Of a stretch of DNA of 64,000 bases, positions 1-9,083 are shown one piece after another. The position numbers and the translations under genes are program-made. Position 1 is the stretch's first letter. Each line of letters begins with the position of its first letter. This stretch comes from a virus, in the IMG/VR virus record IMGVR_UViG_3300033068_002024, positions 580-64,579 of that record, one strand, 5' to 3'. The notes beneath the pieces were generated by a model that saw only the letters and a list, made by a program, of their open reading frames with translations, was not told the DNA's origin and made no database searches.

Positions 1-913
1 CTGCCCAGAGTTCGGCGTGCTCAGCATCGTTTTTCGCCCAGCGATCTTCATCGTCTTTAGTTTTGCCATCGTCGTCCGGATCTTCATCCTCGGTTTTCTT
101 TTCCCCGTCGTCCGGGTCCTCGTCGTCGGTCTTTTTTTTCTTGTCGTCCGGATCTTCATCATCCGTTTTCTTTTCTTTTTCGTCGGGGTCGCTGTCTTGA
201 CCATGGATATGAATATGGGTGTCTGCGCCGCCGAGTTCTTCCGCTGCTTCGTCGGTAATCTTTTCGAGCTCTTCAGCGGAGTCGCGTGAAGCAATGGCGC
301 GTGCGATGAAAGCAGCAATTTTGCCTTTCTTAGAAGAGGGAGCAGCCATGGTATTGTCCTTTGCAAAATGTTTGTGGTCAGCGATGGAGCAACGGGATCC
401 GCATCTTCCACTACCAACCAACGCACCGTGATTGATAATGATATTTTTCTGCTTACCCATACCCGGTCCGGTTTCTTCGTAATCAGCGTCGTATCCAAGG
501 CTGATTTCAACTTTGCCGTTTTCCTGAATTTCATAAATGCCTTCTGCATCGGTAATCAGAAGGTCACCCAACAACAAATCGTCTTCTATTCCTAAGCCAC
601 GGCGTACGTTTAACATGACGCCAATAGCAAGTTGTTTCCAAGTCTCCGGTGTAACGTCATCATCCGGATGATTGTTTGTTACCGGCTTACCTTGGGCGCT
701 ACCAATGGTCGCATCGGTAAAAACGTCTTCCGCTTCGCGAAAGATTTTAACTATGCCTTCTGGTCCAGGTTCAATCGGGGCTTCGTCTGGTCCGTAAACC
801 ATCATCCCCAATCGGGCAAGCGGCACATCTTCGCAAAGCAAGAAACCTTCGGGGGTCAGACTTCTTTTTGGACCCAGCTTCGCGACAGTGTAAAACGTAT
901 ACCGCTTGCTCAT
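1..913 (-). CDS. DUF2213-family prohead protease/scaffold (3' end truncated by the window edge)
   Basis: Hand translation from ATG at 913: MSKRYTFYTVAKLGPKRSLTPEGFLLCEDVPLAR...GKPVTNNHP...EISLGYDADY...NHGALVGSGRCG, then an acidic scaffold region with KTDDEDPDD repeats. Missing from the ORF track because no stop lies inside the window. Confidence 0.85.
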   Translation of the reverse strand, partial: MSKRYTFYTVAKLGPKRSLTPEGFLLCEDVPLARLGMMVYGPDEAPIEPGPEGIVKIFREAEDVFTDATIGSAQGKPVTNNHPDDDVTPETWKQLAIGVMLNVRRGLGIEDDLLLGDLLITDAEGIYEIQENGKVEISLGYDADYEETGPGMGKQKNIIINHGALVGSGRCGSRCSIADHKHFAKDNTMAAPSSKKGKIAAFIARAIASRDSAEELEKITDEAAEELGGADTHIHIHGQDSDPDEKEKKTDDEDPDDKKKKTDDEDPDDGEKKTEDEDPDDDGKTKDDEDRWAKNDAEHAELWA

Positions 914-923
914 GGAACAGCCC

Positions 924-1373
924 TTACAGGTTCGGAGCAGGGGTGCCGGAAGTTGCTACTGCACTGAAGTTGCAGGTTGCAGTCAAAGCCGTTACATTCA
1001 AACGCGCAGCGCGAGCGCCGGCAACGTTTGCCCGGTATGCCCCAGCGGCGGAAATGGAAGCGGCGGCGGTAATTGTGCTGGTCACCACAGGATAAACGTT
1101 GACTGCTCGCCATGTGGTGCCGTCGACTGAGACTTGGACTGTTGCCGCGAGGCTGGTGCAGGTGCCGTTAATTTCGAAGGCAATGATGCCCGCGTTTTGC
1201 AGCGTTACCGAGTAAGTGGTTGGCGCCGAGGCAGTAGCAACCGGCGAAATAGCCGAAGGGATGTAGACCGAGTTCTGATAAGGGTAAGCGGCATCGGCGC
1301 TAACCATTGGAACGTTGAAAATAGTGGCGGCGCATACCGCAATAAAACTGAGCAAGCTGAGGAGTTTTTTCAT
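924..1373 (-). CDS. Putative virion beta-sandwich protein with an N-terminal Sec-type signal peptide
   Basis: MKKLLSLLSFIAVCAATIF leader; beta-rich body with ATVQVSVDGTTW motif; lies in the head module. Confidence 0.55.
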   Translation of the reverse strand: MKKLLSLLSFIAVCAATIFNVPMVSADAAYPYQNSVYIPSAISPVATASAPTTYSVTLQNAGIIAFEINGTCTSLAATVQVSVDGTTWRAVNVYPVVTSTITAAASISAAGAYRANVAGARAARLNVTALTATCNFSAVATSGTPAPNL

Positions 1374-1496
1374 CGCCGGACCTTTTGATTAGTCGAAGAC
1401 AGACCAAATATGAGCATTCGGGATAAATATTAGTCCTCAGCAGAACATCAGCGCAACAATTACTTCAATAAAAGGATCAAAAAAGCTATTGAATTG

Positions 1497-1829
1497 TTAC
1501 TTTGGGCTAAAACCGCAAAACAGACTTACCTTTGCATCAGTGCCGGTAATATCCATAACTCTGCCCCGGCAGAAAGGAAACGTGCTGGCTAAAAGAAAAC
1601 CAACAGGAATAGACGCAAGCCCATGCGCCCTATTTGTTCCCGTTAATTCAACCACACCAATTGGATCCCAATCAATTCGGTTGAAGCTAACTTCGATCGC
1701 AACAGTTGCGGAAACAGCTCCGTCACCAACTATAACGGCTTGGAAACTTTGTTCAGAAACCGGAATTGAAACTGTTTCTCCCGGCCCATCTGCCGCAACT
1801 TCATCAAGTAACATTGCAACGTTGATCAT
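1497..1829 (-). CDS. Putative virion beta-sandwich protein, related to 924..1373
   Basis: GGAG RBS before MINVAM at 1829; ATVAIEVSFNRIDW resembles the neighbour's motif. Confidence 0.5.
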   Translation of the reverse strand: MINVAMLLDEVAADGPGETVSIPVSEQSFQAVIVGDGAVSATVAIEVSFNRIDWDPIGVVELTGTNRAHGLASIPVGFLLASTFPFCRGRVMDITGTDAKVSLFCGFSPK

Positions 1830-1845
1830 TTTAAATCTCCAAAAG

Positions 1846-2418
1846 TCAGTAAATCTTTCGCTCTTTATGTTCTTGCGGACCCATTTCAAATTCGCGAGCA
1901 TTCATCCAATCAGACGATCCGTCCACGCGAATTTTATCTCCTTGGACCTCCGCAACGGTGTAAATAGTGCGACCTGAAAAATGACGCACTTTATCACCTT
2001 TCTTGAAATGGGTAGCATCCTTCGCCGCCCTCCCGCCTTGGCAGGTGCAGTCTTTGGCTTTGGCCGAATCTTTCCAAGAAACTTTATACAGCTTGCTGCC
2101 GCCCAGCGATTTAGTTTCTTCGAATTTGGGGTCTTTGTTTTCTTGTTTGAGCTTTCTCCATAAGCTCATTGCTTTTTCGTGCTCTGGAAATGTTTCGTAT
2201 TTTTCAAGAGCATCTTTGGACTTACCTTCCAGCTTAGCCAGCTCCGCCTCAAGCTCTTTCAGCCGTTCCTTGAGCTTAACTTTATCCTTCAAAGGAGCTT
2301 GCGAAGAAAGAGTGCTTATTTGGTTTTCAACGGTTTTGATCTTTCGCCGGATTTCTTCGGTACTACCGGCGTCTTTGGCTTTCCCGGGTTTGCGATGAAT
2401 GTGGACATGAATGGCCAT
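1846..2418 (-). CDS. Lys-rich putative internal head protein
   Basis: MAIHVHIH N-terminus; repeated xAKD/xSKD motifs; coiled-coil segment and C-terminal SH3/KOW-like FKKGDKVRH segment. Confidence 0.55.
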   Translation of the reverse strand: MAIHVHIHRKPGKAKDAGSTEEIRRKIKTVENQISTLSSQAPLKDKVKLKERLKELEAELAKLEGKSKDALEKYETFPEHEKAMSLWRKLKQENKDPKFEETKSLGGSKLYKVSWKDSAKAKDCTCQGGRAAKDATHFKKGDKVRHFSGRTIYTVAEVQGDKIRVDGSSDWMNAREFEMGPQEHKERKIY

Positions 2419-2419
2419 T

Positions 2420-3220
2420 TTAAATCCCCAAGATGCGATCGGATAAAATAGGAGAAGGCCAGCATCGGCAATTCACGAACTGGCCAGCATGATAATGTTT
2501 GCCGGGGTCAACTTCCGGCGGTTCGGCCCACGCAATCACTTGGCCATTCATAACTTTGTGGCTTGGCCGAACATCTGGATCATCGCTGGTCATCCAAGTA
2601 TAATGCGTTGATCCTATTGCTTGTGCCCGAACCATGGTCAAACCGGAAGCAACCCTTGCGATTTCCGTGCGAGCTATAACTTTAGCTCGCCCTTCCGTTA
2701 TCTTTCCAGTTTGCATTACTTGCTTCGCAATTTCACTGGATCGCTTGGAATGATATAAGTTTTCCACAGTGAGCTCGCCGACCCGCTGAGCAGCATCTGC
2801 GGGCAGGCTTTGAATGAGCTTCACTTGCTCTTTAACGAAACTTGTTAGGGCTTGGCCAACCGGCGCATGTTCTATTTCTTGGCGTAGCGATAGCCCCATC
2901 TCCCGGCTTAGCTGAAACCAAGCCGCCGATTCCTTGCGTGCAACCCTCGCCACCATCTTTTCAGCTACCGACTTGGCCCAAGGCGTAATGGTCTTTGAAT
3001 AATCCCTTAACACGCGTTGCAGCTCGGCACTATTGCTTAAATCGCCACCCGGCGCCATCGTTTTTACAATTTGGTCAATCTGCCGAGTAAGGTAACGCAT
3101 GCTGCGCATATACTCGGCTTCAAGTCTGTTAGCAACTGCAAAGCGCTCATGGGCTGCTCGCCGTTGCTCCTTTTCGGTTAACGCGTCACGAACTCTTTTT
3201 TGAAGAACTAGGCAAGTCAT
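2420..3220 (-). CDS. Head morphogenesis protein (SPP1 gp7/MuF family)
   Basis: RAKVIARTE, YTWMTSDDPDVRPSH and AGQFVNCRCWPSP motifs; downstream of the portal. Confidence 0.9.
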   Translation of the reverse strand: MTCLVLQKRVRDALTEKEQRRAAHERFAVANRLEAEYMRSMRYLTRQIDQIVKTMAPGGDLSNSAELQRVLRDYSKTITPWAKSVAEKMVARVARKESAAWFQLSREMGLSLRQEIEHAPVGQALTSFVKEQVKLIQSLPADAAQRVGELTVENLYHSKRSSEIAKQVMQTGKITEGRAKVIARTEIARVASGLTMVRAQAIGSTHYTWMTSDDPDVRPSHKVMNGQVIAWAEPPEVDPGKHYHAGQFVNCRCWPSPILSDRILGI

Positions 3221-3293
3221 TTCTTAACCGGCGGCGCTGGTGCCGGCTTGGTAATTTTCAAACCTTTGCCATTCTCAACAAATTTATCCTTGC

Positions 3294-4010
3294 TCATCCT
3301 GCATACTCCACATGCACAATTCGTTTGCCGTCTGCTTCGCTAATTCCAGTTACTTTAAAACTACCGCCCCGATTTAAAAGAACTTCTTGCTCATTTTCAT
3401 ACTCGCTAACGCCTGCAACAGAGATTGCCTTTGAGCCTTTCGGAACATTGATCTCCATCACGGTCTTACTCTTGCCAGAAAATTCAGAAGCAATTGATTT
3501 CTCGCTGGTTGTCGAAACAAATCCGCCATCAGTAAAACTTGCTCCTTCGGAGAGCTGATTTGCAAAATCATCATCCAAACCCCGATAAACCTTAATTGCT
3601 TTTTCGGTCGAAGCAGAAGCAAATACTTCATCCATTTGAGCAACTGTTTTCTTCAAATGAGCCGGAGGATTTGCCCCGTTGCGTAAATTTTGGTTTATCT
3701 CCTGATAAGCCGGTTTGAATTGACCTTTTTTAGGATCAGTTTTATCCGACGAATAACTGGCGATTGCCGACTTTTCTTTTGCGCTGAATTTACTCTTAAC
3801 CGCCGCATGCACTTCTTTACCAAAAACCGAAGAGGTGCTTGCTTGCGAAGAAGATCCTTTGGAAGCCGAAGAAGATCCCTCTTTCTTTCCATTTAGCTTT
3901 CCACCCGCTCCGGCAACAATTTTGCCTTCTTTAACTAAGACTTTTGCGCCATGAACCGTAATCCAAGCTTCTTCCTTGTCGCGCACTTTATAATGGATAT
4001 GCAAAGCCAT
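3294..4010 (-). CDS. ADP-ribosyltransferase, VIP2/C2-like (R-S-E class)
   Basis: YQEINQNLR, VYRG, GFVSTT and ENEQEVLLNRG (ExE) catalytic motifs. Confidence 0.9.
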   Translation of the reverse strand: MALHIHYKVRDKEEAWITVHGAKVLVKEGKIVAGAGGKLNGKKEGSSSASKGSSSQASTSSVFGKEVHAAVKSKFSAKEKSAIASYSSDKTDPKKGQFKPAYQEINQNLRNGANPPAHLKKTVAQMDEVFASASTEKAIKVYRGLDDDFANQLSEGASFTDGGFVSTTSEKSIASEFSGKSKTVMEINVPKGSKAISVAGVSEYENEQEVLLNRGGSFKVTGISEADGKRIVHVEYAG

Positions 4011-5558
4011 TTATGACAATCCGTTTTCTTCAGGCATCTGTTTTTGCTTTGACGCAGTTGGGCCTTTGGAGATCGCAGCAGGCTTGCCGCCTTCCGGAGT
4101 TTCTTCCTCTCCGCCTTCCGGGTCGTCTACTTCGCCTCCAGGAAGCGGCGGTCCTTCTGCTTCAGCCTCGTCAATCATCTCATCGGTAATATTGCTAAAT
4201 ACTCCAGTCACCATGCTGGATTGCTTCAGCTCCCTCAAAGCAGTTGCGCGATCAATAAGACCGCTTTGCTCTGCGCTTCCAACTGCGCTTCCAACCGACA
4301 TAGCAACATTGGCCTTGTCGGTATCGCTAAGCTGCCAAAGGCTCTTGAATTTGATCTTGGTCCCATCGGGGATTTCAATCCCCTTAGACGCAGCAACACA
4401 CCGCGTAATTGTGGTCAACGGCACGCGCAACTCTTGTTCTTGCTTCTGGTTGACAGTATCGTAATAGTTGCGAATATCGGTATCGCCAGTGCTAAAGCCT
4501 GCCGGCGATTGGCCAAACATGCGCACTAAAGGGATCTGCAATGCGCCGGAAATCTGCTGACCGAATTGTTGAAGTGCATCCGATAAGCCGGAGAAAGCAC
4601 TGTGCGACTCGGCGGTATATTCGTCTTCGCCATCCAGAAGCGTGATGCCTTCAATGCCTTGGAAGCGGCGCATCATATCAACATATTTGATCAGACCGGC
4701 TTGCGCTTCGCCGCCCGCCGCAATGATCTCGCGCATACCTTTGATCTTGACGGTGCGCAGATAGGATTTGTATACGAGCTGGGCTGCGCCGGTGGAAGCG
4801 CTATCAAATGCAACCATGCGGTCGTATAGACGCTCCAAAATAGACAGGCCCCACATGTTTTCCATGAGCCGCTGCCAGTAGGGGAGGCGAATACCTTCCA
4901 GCCTTACAACGCGCGAATAATGGATTTTGCGGCGGGCCATTGCAGGGGCCTGAGCAGTGACCGTATAGAACTTTGGATTGCCTAGGTTTGGCCCAAGCTC
5001 GGTAATGAGGTCTTCCATGCTCGGCTCAACCATCCAGCGGTCGAGAGGGAGCAAACCTTTGAATTGGTTCTTGCGAATTGTATTGAGGCGAAGCGGCGTC
5101 GCCATATCTTGGCCGTCAATCAAAAGAACGGCTACGGCGCCGCCATATAAGCGCGCCCATTTAATGGTGTCGTTAAGACAATTCCAAATGCCAAGTTCAA
5201 CAAACGCTTCTTCAATTTCGGAAATGTCTTCCGGCGGCATCTTACCGCTGATTTCCATACCGGCACGCGTCATGTCATCAGCAATAACATCAACTGCAAT
5301 GCCGCCGAGCCAACTGCCCCGGTGAATCCATTCCAAAAGGGATCGATTGCGCGTTACCGGATTGAAGCCGTAGGAGGCCCCGGATAGCGCGTTGTCCGTG
5401 CCAATGCCGAAATTCTGCGAAAAGTTTACAAAGCTGTCGTTCGCTTTTTTGGTGATAGCTTTCTGACCGGCTACTTTTTGACGTGCCTTAGCATCCGCGG
5501 TCCTTGCAGACTGCGCGGTTCGAACTACGCTCTTTGATTTTGGCGGCAAGGATGGCAT
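4011..5558 (-). CDS. Portal protein (DUF1073 family)
   Basis: VDVIADDMTR, WARLYGGA, IPLVRMFGQSPAGF and DIRNYYD motifs; follows TerL. Confidence 0.9.
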   Translation of the reverse strand: MPSLPPKSKSVVRTAQSARTADAKARQKVAGQKAITKKANDSFVNFSQNFGIGTDNALSGASYGFNPVTRNRSLLEWIHRGSWLGGIAVDVIADDMTRAGMEISGKMPPEDISEIEEAFVELGIWNCLNDTIKWARLYGGAVAVLLIDGQDMATPLRLNTIRKNQFKGLLPLDRWMVEPSMEDLITELGPNLGNPKFYTVTAQAPAMARRKIHYSRVVRLEGIRLPYWQRLMENMWGLSILERLYDRMVAFDSASTGAAQLVYKSYLRTVKIKGMREIIAAGGEAQAGLIKYVDMMRRFQGIEGITLLDGEDEYTAESHSAFSGLSDALQQFGQQISGALQIPLVRMFGQSPAGFSTGDTDIRNYYDTVNQKQEQELRVPLTTITRCVAASKGIEIPDGTKIKFKSLWQLSDTDKANVAMSVGSAVGSAEQSGLIDRATALRELKQSSMVTGVFSNITDEMIDEAEAEGPPLPGGEVDDPEGGEEETPEGGKPAAISKGPTASKQKQMPEENGLS

Positions 5559-5623
5559 ATTAGCTCCCAAAGGCTTCTGGATTATAGGTAGATAAATTAA
5601 TAGACCAAACCTGTACTTTGATC

Positions 5624-7069
5624 CTATGCTGCTCGGCCCAGTTTTTGCCAGATTGACAGGTTTGTACGGGTTAACATGTTAAAAGCACCGGCTGCTGCGT
5701 CCACTTGGTCGTCATGGCCTCCGACGCCACCGAATTGTTCATGCTCTGCAAGAAATTGCTCATTCCAAGGGCCGTAGTACAAATCAATGTTCCCTGCTTG
5801 CCATTGAGCCGCATAAGCGTCCGCGCGAACAAACTTATCGCCAGTCTCGCGCATGGTTTCCACAGTGTATCCGGCAAGCTCTTTGGTGTAGCTTTCTGCC
5901 TGCTCTTTGCCGGCCTGTCCCGGGTCCTGCGGGATGCCAATCTTGACGGCATAGGAATCGTTGTTTGCAACCCGCTTAACCAGCTCTCTTACTTTGGAGC
6001 TCTTCCAGCGGCCATGTTCGCAGTGCAAGATGATATAGCGCCCGTTGCGACGCAGCCCCATGCATACGCCGGCAGTGTAGTCGGGGTTCGGGTTTTCTGG
6101 CGATGGCTCGGTGGCTGCCAAGTCCCACCGGCGTACAATTTTGATAATGTCGTCTGGCAGCTCGCGCAAAATAGTAACTTCGTTGCGCTTGAAGTACATA
6201 CCAGCAGCCGGACGGATCTTCCAGTTGCCGCCGAGCAGGCGTTCCCGCTCCACGAGCGACAGTGCCATCAAGTTCGCTTTATAGTCCGGGTCGGCGGCAA
6301 GCAGAGCTTTGTTATCGCTTAGCCGAGCAGGAATGAAAGTAAACGATTTAGGACGAATTTGGTCTTCGTGGTCATCGGGAAGGAAGTTGCCGTCTCCATC
6401 TTTCAAGCCGTGCTTTTCAAACAGCTCTTCGCGGCTATCCCCCCAAGTGATCGTGTCGCTAACCCGAATGAACCAGCGGATAACTCCACTGCGCTCCCAA
6501 ATCGGGTAGCCGGTATTTTGGTCAATCCACCATTCGATAAATGTTGCAACCCAGCTGTCCGCATCCGGGTTAGTACTTGCTCGAATGTAAGGGCGCACGC
6601 CGCAAGCCGAGCGGTTACGCGACATCATATAGAAGAACTGAGCTTGCGAGAAGTGAGTTAATTCATCGAAGCAAATGAGCGGGATTTGCGAGCCTTGCCA
6701 ATCCAGCACAGTGGATTCCAAGTCTAAGTGCGCAAACTTAACCTTGCCGCCCGCTTTCCATTTCCACTCCAGATTGTGCGCGGATGGCTTGCCTCCAGCA
6801 GCCGGGAAGAGCTGCATTGACTCGTCCCATAGGCCACCGGGATTCTTTACTTGGGTTGTATTGCGTCGGAAAATAACGGCTGCAAACTTTGGCATCTTGG
6901 TTACGAAGCGCAAGGTTTCCAGCAGCATCGCAAAGGTCTTGCCTCCGCCAGCCGCACCGCCGTATATTACAATGTCTGCCGAACTAGATAGGAACTGCTC
7001 TTGCGGCCCCTTCTGAGGAGCAATGCGTTCTATTTCTTGTTTAATCGCATCCGACAATGCAGAGCTCAT
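5624..7069 (-). CDS. terL: Terminase large subunit
   Basis: Walker A GGAAGGGKT, Walker B CFDELTHF, nuclease motifs WDLAAT/DYTAG/HDDQVDA. Confidence 0.95.
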   Translation of the reverse strand: MSSALSDAIKQEIERIAPQKGPQEQFLSSSADIVIYGGAAGGGKTFAMLLETLRFVTKMPKFAAVIFRRNTTQVKNPGGLWDESMQLFPAAGGKPSAHNLEWKWKAGGKVKFAHLDLESTVLDWQGSQIPLICFDELTHFSQAQFFYMMSRNRSACGVRPYIRASTNPDADSWVATFIEWWIDQNTGYPIWERSGVIRWFIRVSDTITWGDSREELFEKHGLKDGDGNFLPDDHEDQIRPKSFTFIPARLSDNKALLAADPDYKANLMALSLVERERLLGGNWKIRPAAGMYFKRNEVTILRELPDDIIKIVRRWDLAATEPSPENPNPDYTAGVCMGLRRNGRYIILHCEHGRWKSSKVRELVKRVANNDSYAVKIGIPQDPGQAGKEQAESYTKELAGYTVETMRETGDKFVRADAYAAQWQAGNIDLYYGPWNEQFLAEHEQFGGVGGHDDQVDAAAGAFNMLTRTNLSIWQKLGRAA

Positions 7070-7665
7070 TGCTCACTCACAACCGTATCATCGCGGCCAT
7101 TATCTGGCAGGTAGAATTGAACAAGCTGTTGCCCAGCTTCGCGGTTTCCTGTCGGGTCAGTGTTGGCGACTTTGGTGGGGGCATCCAAACCATTGAGCTT
7201 GGCTCGGCGATCGGAAATGGCAAGTAGGACTTTGATGGCTGCTAACCGCGGACCCGCGTCGCCAAGGGCTTGGGTAACTACTTCGCCATCTGCATCCAGG
7301 AGCGGACGGCCGAAGCTATCTTCCACAATGGTTCGAACGACGCTCCCTGAGCTAACATAGGGATGGAACGCGGTCAAGATTTCCATCGCATGCTGTTGCA
7401 TAATGTCCAGCCGCTCGTTCTCCAACGTGCGCATTTCTTCAACGCCGGGAGTAATGATGGCCGCCATTGCTTGGAGGTACAGCTTGCGGGCATACAGTTT
7501 GGATATGCCCATATCGTCAGCCATGCGCTGAAACGAATAGCCTTGCGCCCGAAGTTCAAGCGCGCGGGCTTGCTTCAGGCGTGTTTCGGGTTTGACTTCG
7601 TGCAGGAAGACAGGCGCATGCGGTTTAATGTGGACACCGCGCAACCAATTGGGCGGACCGGCCAT
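7066..7665 (-). CDS. terS: Terminase small subunit
   Basis: HTH (ALELRAQGYSFQRMADDMGIS) and RRAKLNGLDAP; ATGA overlap with terL. Confidence 0.8.
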   Translation of the reverse strand: MAGPPNWLRGVHIKPHAPVFLHEVKPETRLKQARALELRAQGYSFQRMADDMGISKLYARKLYLQAMAAIITPGVEEMRTLENERLDIMQQHAMEILTAFHPYVSSGSVVRTIVEDSFGRPLLDADGEVVTQALGDAGPRLAAIKVLLAISDRRAKLNGLDAPTKVANTDPTGNREAGQQLVQFYLPDNGRDDTVVSEQ

Positions 7666-7899
7666 ATAAAGTTCCCTTTGACAACATATGCCAAGAGGAT
7701 AACTTGGTACCCAATAGTCCTCAATAGGATCAGAGATCCTATGCCTTATTCGCTAGCTCTTCAACAGTCCTTTTCTTATCTTCGAAAACTACGGCTTCGT
7801 TGAAACCTCGCTCATTGGCCATGTCTGCAAACCCATCGTCGTACCCTTTTTGGTAGGCTTCCGAGAGCAGCTCCTTCAACTGCGCTTCCGATAAACATT

Positions 7900-8322
7900 T
7901 CATGATTGCACCAGACCTATTGGAACTTCAATCTCATAGCCGTATTCTGCTACGATAATGTTAAGTGCTTGGGCATGTAGACGGTTGCGGCCATGCGTAA
8001 GCAGGGTGCCATCGTAAGACATGGCCCACCATTCGGTAAGCGGCGTTACCGGGGCCGAACAATAGGCGTTATATGCATTCCATGCGCCGCTGCTCAGCTT
8101 GTAACGATCCGCGAGCATTGCCCCAAAGATAGGGTTGGTGCACGGCGAAAACGGGCCTCTATACGGTATACTAACCCCAATATCGAAGTTTTCAACCAAT
8201 AGGAACGGCTTGCCCTGATCCTCCATCAATTCCGGGACCAGCGCCAGCAACTTGGCTAAGGTCCAATCCAGCATAAGGTAAGACGCTTCCGAAACTTGGA
8301 CCTTGGCTAGCTCGTGGATCAT
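7900..8322 (-). CDS. DUF2591/NinX-like protein
   Basis: LDWTLA...FSPCTN...G.NRL.A...IVAEYGYEIEVP pattern. Confidence 0.6.
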   Translation of the reverse strand: MIHELAKVQVSEASYLMLDWTLAKLLALVPELMEDQGKPFLLVENFDIGVSIPYRGPFSPCTNPIFGAMLADRYKLSSGAWNAYNAYCSAPVTPLTEWWAMSYDGTLLTHGRNRLHAQALNIIVAEYGYEIEVPIGLVQS

Positions 8323-8554
8323 GGAACGGCACTCCGATGGCCATAAGCGTGATCTTAGCGGCAATTGCGGACGGACCTTCATCCGTTTCTGCAATGCCTT
8401 GCACGCAGGTGATCAAGAAATTGTTTGCATTCAGCAAAGGCTGAATGGAATTGAGAGCGGCCAACAGGCTGTTCGGCCGAAGCACCATCATAGCCAATTG
8501 TTCGTCCGAAACGCCTTCGCAAATTGCGAGGCAGAGCTCTTCACGAGTACTCAT
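8192..8554 (-). CDS. Hypothetical protein
   Basis: GGAG RBS; downstream of the 8724 promoter; overlaps the next gene by about 130 bp. Confidence 0.45.
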   Translation of the reverse strand: MSTREELCLAICEGVSDEQLAMMVLRPNSLLAALNSIQPLLNANNFLITCVQGIAETDEGPSAIAAKITLMAIGVPFHDPRASQGPSFGSVLPYAGLDLSQVAGAGPGIDGGSGQAVPIG

Positions 8555-8723
8555 GTTTTGCCCGTTCTTTTCTCCGATGAATCCGGAAGGCCAAAGCCAC
8601 GGTTAAACCAATTGCAATTACCAAAATGGCGGAAGCGTCCATGATTATCTCCACAGGATGCAAATGAGCAGCATTAACAGAAACAGCACAACGAACATAA
8701 CGTTCTCCTAGTTGTGCTGAGTA

Positions 8724-8751
8724 TATTAAGCCGCTCCGCCCTTAATTGCAA
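8724..8751 (-). promoter_or_regulatory. Sigma70-like promoter
   Basis: TTGCAA-N17-TAATAT on the minus strand, intergenic. Confidence 0.5.
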
Positions 8752-8769
8752 CACCTTTGTTCAGAGTCT

Positions 8770-9066
8770 TTAGGACTCCATTATCAGCATGCGCTTCCCG
8801 TAATGCGCTACCTTTTCAGCGTCGCGGAACGGAGTATTGCCTTCTTTTGCAAGCCCCAAAGTGCGCTCGGCTGCCTTGCGCCAGATGGCTTTGAAGGCTT
8901 CCCCCTCGTTGAAATCCATGCCAAGCGCTTCGATAATATCGGAGCATTCGGCTTGGTACGGCCCTTCGATCTGGTTGGGCCTTTGCACCTGCACCAAATA
9001 GTAGGATACCGGGCCACCGGAATTTTCCCCGGCAGGTTTGCGTCTTGGAGCTTTGCGGCGAGTCAT
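8770..9066 (-). CDS. DUF3310-like protein (possible nucleotide kinase)
   Basis: ECSDIIEALGMDFNEGEAFKAIWR...DAEKVAHY motif; adjacent to thyX. Confidence 0.55.
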   Translation of the reverse strand: MTRRKAPRRKPAGENSGGPVSYYLVQVQRPNQIEGPYQAECSDIIEALGMDFNEGEAFKAIWRKAAERTLGLAKEGNTPFRDAEKVAHYGKRMLIMES

Positions 9067-9083
9067 GGTTGCTTCTCCAGTGG

